Shown piece by piece: positions 1 to 7,237 of a stretch of 11,193 nt of DNA. The notes below the pieces were generated by a model. The model was not told the DNA's origin and ran no database searches. It saw nothing but the letters and a program-made list of their open reading frames with translations. Origin of the DNA: Chlorokybus atmophyticus (Eukaryota > Plantae > Mesostigma and Chlorokybus algae); contig RHPI01002558.1 of NCBI GenBank assembly GCA_009103225.1, positions 1-11,193 on the forward strand, in the 5' to 3' direction. Positions within the stretch are counted from its first letter, which is position 1. Every line of letters starts with the position of its first letter. A program made the position numbers and the translations under genes.

Positions 1-101
1 ATCCACACCATGCCCTGCTTCTCCATAGTAGGAATGGACTTTGCGCACCCCCTTGAAGACAAGCTCTTCATGCCCCCACTCTCCACCTCTGACTTGGGCA
101 T
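1..101 (-). CDS. Internal exon of a minus-strand gene that runs off the left edge; reading frame and product uncertain
   Basis: Acceptor ttcaacAG ends at 102, and 1-101 is GC-richer than its flank. Two frames are open. Phase 0 reads MPKSEVESGGMKSLSSRGCAKSIPTMEKQGMVW, with 25 of 33 codons ending in G/C; it resembles the end of the Rieske domain of PAO/PTC52/CAO-type oxygenases (R-A-C-A-x-x-x-P-T-x-x-x-Q-G-x-x-W). Phase 1 reads AQVRGGEWGHEELVFKGVRKVHSYYGEAGHGVD. I could not find a Rieske CxH or CxxHGW exon upstream. Confidence 0.45.
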   Translation of the reverse strand, partial: MPKSEVESGGMKSLSSRGCAKSIPTMEKQGMVW

Positions 102-309
102 CTGTTGAATAACAAGATAATATATCTCTTATTCGTGGCAGCAACAGATGCACACTAACGTGTATAAACCAACCCGCATGCCCCGTAGCAATGGTAGGAT
201 TTAAAAGACTCTAATGCAAATGTAGGAAGCTACCAGAAAGGTGGTGGTAAAAGCGAGATCAAAAAGACGAATTTATGTCCCATAACCAAACCACCGTGAA
301 CATACTTAC

Positions 310-344
310 AAAGCAAAAGTTTTGCAATTTCCAATATGCCATCT
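310..344 (-). CDS. Candidate 35-nt mini-exon of the left minus-strand gene
   Basis: Flanked by ctgactcAG (ends 345) and a consensus GTAAGT donor (starts 309). It reads DGILEIAKLLL (exits phase 1) or MAYWKLQNFCF (exits phase 0); each joins in frame to one of the two readings of the 1-101 exon across a 208-nt intron. Confidence 0.35.
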
Positions 345-2007
345 CTGAGTCAGTGAGTAGTATAGGCTCGTCAAGTGTTTAAGTTGTTGTTATATGCATC
401 TCTTTGACATTAATACACAAGTTTCAAGCTAAAAACCTTTTGCGGCCACGTAAGGCCTTGCAGATTATATAAGGCCACAGGGGAAATACGATCTCCCACT
501 CTTTTTAACATATATCGTGTTTTACACAATTCAATCTTAAAACTTGCAAATGGTCTCACATGTCATTTCTTGCAGCCCAAAATAAAGCAATAGAGACTCT
601 TTCATTTGGGACAAAAAAGCGATTGTGAATATTATAATATCATTTAGCGTGCTAACTTATAAGCGCAAGTTGCTTGATGGCATTTGAGGCAGCTGTTATA
701 ATAAACCACAACCACGGTTCATTGTTCATCAAATGAAGCTGCACATATTCCTAAGATGAAAGCGCAATTTGCTTGATTGACCCGGATGATGTGTGCCGCC
801 GTCACCTTTGACCAAGGAAATTTAAGGCCTCTCTTTCATGAAACCTGCAGCTACCTGCATGTAGCTTTATCAATTAAATACCGTACGTATGAAGTCAGCA
901 AGTCATCGGGTTGCATGTACATTGGAAATCAATGCTCGGCAGAACCTATATTCATGCAGTTGAGGCATTGATTGTCAAGTTCTGCGTGACGGAACCATCC
1001 CCTTGCAACCAGATGTGTCACGTGGTTGTAGTGATGTTTATAGGACTAGGTCCAAAAATTTTCCTTGCGCAATTATATGTATCCAATTAAATCTTATTAC
1101 TGTGGGCAAGCTATCTTACATTAGCAAAAGATACTAACTTGATATCACCACGTAACATCGTTGAGAATATTGATTTAAAAATGATGTTTCAATGGATTAT
1201 GCTCTGCATGCATTAGACAATCTCATTTTTTCAAATATGCGATGACCATCCATTTACCTCACTAAGTAGTATGTAGTACGTTTATGAATCTATATTTATG
1301 TCAACGGTACTGTTAAATATGTTGGCTAACAAACTTTTCAAGCTTTTGAAGAAAAACAGCACACGATTCTACTGTGTGCTAATGCGATTTGTACGGATAT
1401 AATGTCTTATAATGTATGGCATGAAAGTGGCCCGTACTGATTCGTGCATTCAATGCACGTTCAATGCAAGTTGCATTCATTATATTCATAAAGAATGCAA
1501 GCGGATCCCCATTATCACTTGATACTCTTAACATTATTAAGAATTTAATATTAAAAAAATAGGTTTGATTACATGTCAACGCGCTTCAACTCATATACAA
1601 CTGCATAAAATGGTGCATAAAAATACTTTATGATTATAAAATGGTGGCCAAGCTTAAGCTTGTAATTGATGATTTAATGATGTGATGCGGTCTTAGCCAC
1701 GCCATACTTTACAGCCTGGATCACTTGATGAAAGAAGCACAATAATGAGCGTCTCGGATAAGCATCATCGATCGAGCTCTCTTATTATATATAAACTCAA
1801 CCATTTGATGTATGCAACACTACCCCTTATGAGCATAAGGATTGTAAAGATGATAATTCAAAGCCGATAAAGAAGACTGTGCAAACCATGCCGGCATGAA
1901 GTTGAGCATGCATGCCTTATACGTGAGGATCTTAGCATGCATATTCATGGTTATATTTATAATATGACTTAGGGTTAACAACAATGAAGAGGTTTACACC
2001 TTAAAAG

Positions 2008-2218
2008 CGTCATATGCTTTCTGTTTTGCAATTTTATAATCCGGCTGATGAACCCTCTTGTTATTCAAACAAATAAGTTAAAATGATAAGATAACGTGAA
2101 AAAAAAAAACCTTTTACGTTATCCGTCATATGCTTTCTGTTTTGCAATTTTATAATCCGGCTAATAAACCCTCTGATTATTCAAGCAAATAAGTTAAGAT
2201 GATAAGATGACTTAAAAA
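2008..2218. repeat. Direct tandem duplication of ~95 bp (2008-2102 and 2124-2218, period 116 bp)
   Basis: Hand alignment: the first 39 nt are identical (cgtcatatgctttctgttttgcaattttataatccggct), followed by 9 mismatches in the remaining 56 nt. An A11 run (2099-2109) lies at the end of the first copy. Confidence 0.95.
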
Positions 2219-2520
2219 TAAGGTAATGTTAACGTTATAAATGACGGTCCAATTCAAATGCATTGATACATTGCTCATTCATTGGTGTATCATGATATTG
2301 CTATGGTGTTTATTTGATGCTCATGCATGATGAACACGCACTTTATACGCAGCGCAAGTCATTTAACATATGATAGCAGGCTTTAAACATGTCAATAGAG
2401 TTTGGACAACACTTCTTGTGTGATTTACTATATTAGCACAATTCACCCTACAAATCCCAAGCTAGGTGACTTATACGTATTCCGGAAGGCTTCCATGCAG
2501 TACATGTACATGTATGCAAC

Positions 2521-2602
2521 CTTCACCTTCATCAACCTCCCGATGTTTGCGATTGTCTGTGGGACATTTCTCATTCGGGCAAACATCTGCCTTCATCTGC
2601 AT
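2521..2602 (-). CDS. Candidate first coding exon of the left minus-strand gene
   Basis: ATG at 2602 reads MQMKADVCPNEKCPTDNRKHREVDEGE to a GAAG|gttgca donor. It follows a GC-rich leader and is divergent from the ATG at 2805. A second frame (MFARMRNVPQTIANIGRLMK) is also open to a donor. I recognise no homology. Confidence 0.3.
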
Positions 2603-2804
2603 TCTGTGGGCGGCGGGGGCGGCGGTAACAGAGGCGAAGATTTTAGCCGCCCGGCTCGCTCCTTGTGTCGTTGCGCAACCTTGAGAAGCAACTTTAAGCC
2701 TCCTTGCCAAGGCGCACGCACATTGACACGTTGGGCTTTGCGTATGAGATTTGAGTCCAATCACTCAGTCACCCAATTAGATTGGAAACACAAAGCGTTT
2801 TTCC

Positions 2805-4512
2805 ATGAGTGGCCGGCTCGCCCTTGTGGCGCTGGTGTTGGCCGCCTTGATCAGATCATCCTATCAGCAGCAGCAGCATGATGACGGTGAGATTGTATGT
2901 ATGTGTGCATGTGCGTGTGTGCGTGTGTGTGCGTGAAATGTACGTGTGCCAAGCATGATGTTTTGTGCGGCTCAATCAGTCGACTTCACAATTGTTAGTT
3001 CTTAGTGTCAGAACTGTAACATTTCAGGCCAGGTATTGTGCACATTGTTGTTTTATGCATGCATGCATGCATGGCCTTGAAGGCTTTCAGGACCAGAGGT
3101 ATAGTCATGGTAGCTTGCTGCAGCATACGGATTCTCAGTGTGTCATGCCAGTGGTTATTTTTCAACATGCCCAAAATGCTAGTCACTTAGCTTGTGCGTC
3201 AGCTTTGGTTGACTCGTCTTGCTGGATGTGGGTGCGCAGTTGCTTTGGCAATCACAGAAGTGAGCAACTCGACACTTTTGCTCGAGGACTTGCAGATATC
3301 GGCTGGTAAACTGCGGCCGCCTTTCCAGCCTCTCATCTTCAAGTGAGTACGCGCTATCAAACTTATCAACAACATGCGCACGCATGCATGCACGTAGACA
3401 TACATGTCTACACACACGCACGCACGTGCGCCTCTGAACATGCACGCACACACGTGTACAAATACACACACATGTATACACGTGGGCGCATATGCACACG
3501 CAGACACAACACGCCCACATTGTATCCTCACAGGTACAATGTGACGGTGTCGAGTAATGTTGACAGCATCAACATTACTGCTTTTGCAATGGACCCGATC
3601 GATGCCGAAATTAGCGTCAATGGGACTTTTATTGCCAGTGGGTTTGCCTCACCTGCAATAGACCTGACCGAAAACGGTCTTACGGTTCTTATCATCCAAG
3701 TCACAAACACTGGTAAGGAAAGCCGTTTTGTTGTACATGCCATGCCACGCGTGCGCGTGCGTGCGTGCACATAATCTCTGCACACGCTTATGCGTGCATC
3801 TGCACGCACAAGCGTGTGCATGCACACGTACATGCGCGTTGAAACACGCACATGCGCACGCACACGCATGCGCGTATGCACATTTTATGTGGACATTGCC
3901 ATTGATGTCCGCTTTCTTTTTCCAGGAGAACGGAGGGCAATAGGCACGGTGGAGTATGTAATATCCGTGCTGCGGCCGAAGAAATCGACTCAAGGGAGAG
4001 GGGTGACCGCGGCGGGGGCGATCGCGGCCGGCGTGGCCGTGTTGGCCATGTACGGGCTGTGGTGGTACACACGACGGGAGGCTGAGAGCAACAGAGGTTT
4101 GCATGTGCCATGTGTATCGATAGCTTCATATGTGGGTTTGCGTGCGCACCAACGTGTGCGTGCGTGCGTGCGTGCGCGGCGCTTTATACATATCCATAAC
4201 AGCGCCATGCTCTTTGTGCATTCCTTGCTCACGTATGGACACTTTCATGACTGCATGTGCATCATTCATTCAGTGTGTGTTGTTGTTGAGCAACATGGAA
4301 GCAGTGGGTTCACGCAGGTAACAAGTTGCTGGTTGCTTGTGCCTGCTTGCTCTATGTTGTTGTTGCCTGTTTGCTGGATGTTTCACCTATGCGACATCCA
4401 ACTGTTGTTGTGCTGGGCAGCGCGCAAGAGATATGAGGACTTGCAGACGATGTACGGTTTGTTGGAAGAGTCGAGGCGGACGGCCGATGAGGAGAATCAA
4501 GCACACTCATAG
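2805..4512 (+). CDS. Type-I membrane protein of ~202 aa: signal peptide, cadherin-like beta-sandwich domain (PF12733-like), one TM helix, short cytosolic tail
   Basis: Exons 2805-2886, 3258-3342 (acceptor uncertain; 3240, or 3203 with a microexon, also keep frame), 3534-3712, 3926-4096 and 4421-4512. All introns are GT-AG with consistent phases; 609 nt total. Protein: MSGRLALVALVLAALIRSSYQQQQHDDEVSNSTLLLEDLQISAGKLRPPFQPLIFKYNVTVSSNVDSINITAFAMDPIDAEISVNGTFIASGFASPAIDLTENGLTVLIIQVTNTGERRAIGTVEYVISVLRPKKSTQGRGVTAAGAIAAGVAVLAMYGLWWYTRREAESNRARKRYEDLQTMYGLLEESRRTADEENQAHS. The pattern L-x-x-L-x-I-S-x-G-x-L-x-P-x-F...Y-x-V-x-V...I-x-V-N-G...I-x-V-T...Y-x-I-x-V-x-R matches my recollection of the Cadherin-like family. 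Confidence 0.8.
2893..2947. repeat. Intronic GT/GTGC-type alternating purine-pyrimidine microsatellite
   Basis: tgtatgtatgtgtgcatgtgcgtgtgtgcgtgtgtgtgcgtg immediately after the 2887 donor. Confidence 0.85.
3375..3510. repeat. Intronic CA/CACG-type degenerate microsatellite
   Basis: gcgcacgcatgcatgcacgtagacatacatg...cacacacgcacgcacgtgcgc...cacacacatgtatacacgtg fills most of intron 3343-3533. Confidence 0.85.
3745..3882. repeat. Intronic mixed GTGC/GCAC microsatellite containing an inverted repeat
   Basis: A GTGC-type tract is followed by a GCAC-type tract within intron 3713-3925. It includes the 19/20-bp inverted repeat 3779-3798 / 3801-3820. Confidence 0.85.
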
Positions 4513-5034
4513 TTTGTTTGTTTTGTGTTGGGTCTGTTCATTACATCACAATGTATGGAGACATCAAGCATCAAGTCTGAAGCGATATGTATAGTCACAC
4601 AAGGTCAAAGCCGAGCACATTCTGTGCATCAGATGTAGTTGATGACTGTATGTCGATTTGTTGGGAGTGCGCGTTTTATTGAGTGGCAACGTTTGCACGC
4701 TTGGTGGTGTAGCTAGAGGGTGCTTGAAGCGCATGGTGATTGGAGAGCTTGGTTAGGTGGTGCAGTGCGTTTAAGACTGGTGCTGAGGGTCATGCCATTG
4801 ATAGGTACAACCCTTACTACCTGGCAAGCACCATGCGACAATCACATTGTGGTCTCGCGAATGAACATGCACAAATGCAATGCGTCACTCCACAGCAACA
4901 CAATCGGCTACTGTACTTGACTAATGCGTGCCCAATGTGGTTAAGCTAACCTATCCAAAAACAAGCCGCTAGTAAAGCCAGTGTCATCGTCATGTTGATG
5001 TCCTATTGTGCATACTCAACCGCACGCACACACG

Positions 5035-7061
5035 TCACTTGCTTGTGTGGCTTGTCCACGAACCCCACCTTCCTCCGGAGTCGCTGGGCTTGGAAGCGTT
5101 GCTGGCAACGTCGTCCCCATCCTTGGGGATATAGTAGTTGCCCTTGTCCGATTGCACGGGTGACATCACCTCCGGGCTCTCTGCGCTTGAGACTTCAGGC
5201 GCAAAGTAACTGCCCAACGGGGCGTCGGTGGGAGCCATCTCACCCTGACACAAGCGTAGGTTCAGTGCGTGTGCATGTGCGTGTACGCGTGTGTATAAGT
5301 AGCATCTGCGGTGAACTTGTGGTTAGTTATGATCAGTCACCTGTTGGGTGCTTGGACCGGCTGCATTGACTTGGGCGTCGCGTGCGGGCTGCCTTGTGTC
5401 TTGTCCCCAGGTGGTGCTCTCACCTGTACGCAATGAGAGTGTCAGCCACCGAACTGCGCTTACTGTCAAGCTGTTTCCGATCAACAAGGTTGAGCAGTTG
5501 TGCGACACACATCCATAAACAACAGCTACCGCAGAAGCAATGCGCAGATAGTGTAGCGAACTGACAATTGCAACTGAGCTGCAGAAGTTGAGCTCTGGAG
5601 TATGGAAGTTTCGTTGTGAGTGTACAGCGCACAGTTATACAATACGTTTTGAGTTAAGTCTCACCTTCAAATGTGGATTCACTGCCTGTTGGTGCATACC
5701 ACCGCCCCAGCTCATCGTCGACTGGTTGGATGCAGTCTTCTGAGGGAGGCGGTGCAGGGGTGAAGTAACCGCCCTTAGGAGTGTCAACAGCTGCCATCTG
5801 CCAGGCAAAACGTTGGTACACCAGCCACAGCGCAGGGTAAAGTTGCTATTGCATGCTTCAGCTGTAGCTTACTTGGCCTTGCGGGCCCGGCCCAGCTGTG
5901 TTTAATTCGCCACGCTCGCGCTCGACTGTTGCCTGAGCACCCCATGTTGTGCTGTTACCTGTAAGAGAGGAGTGAGACAACGAGCACATGGTCCAGCACA
6001 TCTTGTGCATCTTTCTGCAAGGTGTTGTGACAGCAGCACTCACCAGTGAAGTTGGACTCTGTTCCCGTTGGATTGAACCATCGGCCCTGGTCAGATTCTT
6101 CAACAACCATGTTGGTAGGCTGCTCGTCGCCAGCTGGGGCAAAATACTTGCCACCTGAATTGGCAAGAAGGTACATTAGCTATCAATGACAAATCAACTG
6201 CTAGTTATTCTGAATCATCATGTGCAAGCTCAGAACAAGGCAGCTTGCCTGGTGCGTCTACTGCTGCTAAGTTGTCCGGGACAGACTGCGGGCCGGCAGC
6301 ATTCGGCGCACCGCGAGGCCGTGCATGGCTGGTCCAACTGCACACACACGACACTTGTCTGGAGTAGTGTACTTCCAACTAACCTACAATGCTCCGGCAA
6401 ACCCTCACAGGACGTTCTATTTGTCACATTGCCACTGATATGCCAATCCATCAGCAGCCCTGCATTTGTTGGCAAACAATACTACTTGCAACGTAGTGAC
6501 TGGCACACTGCACTGCGTGCATGAGTGCTTTACCTTCCCCAGCGTGTGCCTTCCATGTCCTTAGCAAAATCGCTTTCCTTGCCGGTGTTGCCAAAGTAGT
6601 TGCCCATGGGGGTTTCGACAGGCTTGAAGCAGTCATCGGTGCTGGAGTTGTCTGGAGCAAAGTAAGCGCCTCCAGGAGCACTCACGGGAGCAAGGTTTGA
6701 GCCGTCAGACGAAGCACTGCTGGCAGCATGGGGAGCTACCAATGTGCTCTGTCGCACCTGGCATGGCATGAATGTGTAAGGTATGGGCGTTGGACATTGC
6801 TCTTTTAGTGGTAACTTTACACACCGGAGGCTGCTGGCAGCTCCTATGAAGCCCTGATTTGAAAGCTTACTCGTTTGACTGAAGCTGGCTTGTGCAAGCG
6901 GCGGCATGCTGGCAGTGATTGTCTTCTGCAAGTCAAGCTGTCAGCTCAGCATTGCCTTCACCAATGACACTGCTTGGAGCAACAGTTGCATTGGAAAGTG
7001 TTGCTTACTGGAGGCCTTGACAAGGCAGGGACAGACAATGTGCGAGAGTGGACACCGTCAT
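5035..7061 (-). CDS. Uncharacterised 347-aa protein: predicted plastid transit peptide followed by four ~74-aa aromatic/Gly/Pro repeats
   Basis: Nine exons: 7061-7009, 6925-6871, 6757-6534, 6337-6249, 6154-6044, 5958-5873, 5797-5665, 5423-5341 and 5244-5035 (1044 nt, all phases consistent; seven GT-AG introns and one GC-AG). Protein: MTVSTLAHCLSLPCQGLQRQSLPACRRLHKPASVKRVRQSTLVAPHAASSASSDGSNLAPVSAPGGAYFAPDNSSTDDCFKPVETPMGNYFGNTGKESDFAKDMEGTRWGSWTSHARPRGAPNAAGPQSVPDNLAAVDAPGGKYFAPAGDEQPTNMVVEESDQGRWFNPTGTESNFTGNSTTWGAQATVERERGELNTAGPGPQGQMAAVDTPKGGYFTPAPPPSEDCIQPVDDELGRWYAPTGSESTFEGESTTWGQDTRQPARDAQVNAAGPSTQQGEMAPTDAPLGSYFAPEVSSAESPEVMSPVQSDKGNYYIPKDGDDVASNASKPSDSGGRWGSWTSHTSK. Internal check: RWGSWTSH is rebuilt across the exon 3/4 junction and recurs intact in the last exon. 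Exons 3-9 are well supported; exons 1-2 somewhat less. Confidence 0.85.
6155..6248 (-). other. GC-AG intron (94 nt) in the repeat-protein gene
   Basis: Donor CCAG|gcaagc and acceptor caattcAG|GT. It is needed to join AAVDAP to GGKYFAP in frame, recreating the motif seen unspliced in the other repeats. Confidence 0.8.
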
Positions 7062-7101
7062 TGCGCAACACGCCTCAGTAACAGAGGCTCCAATGACAAC
7101 C

Positions 7102-7237
7102 CTGCTCATGGCAAGGAAGCATATACACAACACTTAGACTGGGCTGAGGCACATCTTACGCATACAGCGCAGTGACCGTCTATGCCCTTGACACATGCAC
7201 GTGAGAAACTTGGAGGGCGGATTCAAGTTGACCTTAC
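7102..7237 (-). other. Probable 5'-UTR intron of the repeat-protein gene
   Basis: Consensus donor CTG|gtaagg at 7237 and acceptor gagcAG ending at 7102, 40 nt before ATG 7061. The upstream exon has no usable in-frame ATG. Confidence 0.5.

Noticed and set aside
655-692. CLKCH (CxxCH heme-binding-like) in a minus-strand frame
   Set aside because: It is a short open stretch of uncertain exon status with no cytochrome context.
1649-1662. Perfect 14-bp palindrome CAAGCTTAAGCTTG
   Set aside because: About 0.7 such palindromes are expected by chance in 11 kb, and there is no supporting context.
120-2440. Autonomous transposon or retroelement in the AT-rich block
   Set aside because: I found no long ORF, terminal inverted repeats, LTR pair or transposase/RT motif. 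Decayed elements cannot be excluded without a library search.
3179-4232. Many overlapping ORF-track entries rich in V/C/A/R/H/T (e.g. 3179-3520, 3199-3531, 3528-3881, 3728-3943)
   Set aside because: They are translations of CA/GT microsatellites, which lack stop codons. The real coding parts are the spliced exons on the plus strand.
4291-4317. 27-nt frame-preserving cassette exon before a CAG|gtaaca donor
   Set aside because: It needs a rare GAG acceptor; the nearby CAG acceptors give the wrong phase.
3790-4512. 240-aa ORF as a single-exon gene
   Set aside because: It is two true exons (3926-4096, 4421-4512) joined through stop-free intron sequence bounded by GT/AG sites.
4421-4512. ITAM in the membrane-protein tail
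   Set aside because: The spacing between the YxxL motifs is 3 residues, not the 6-8 of an ITAM; kept only as sorting-type motifs.
5035-6545. WG dipeptides as Argonaute-hook motifs
   Set aside because: There are only four, embedded in longer repeats, and the predicted plastid targeting is incompatible with Argonaute binding.
6530-6931. ORF-track start MQKTIT at 6931
   Set aside because: The start is a TTG overlapping the splice acceptor (ttgcAG), and the stop at 6530 lies in the intron after the GGAAG|gtaaag donor.
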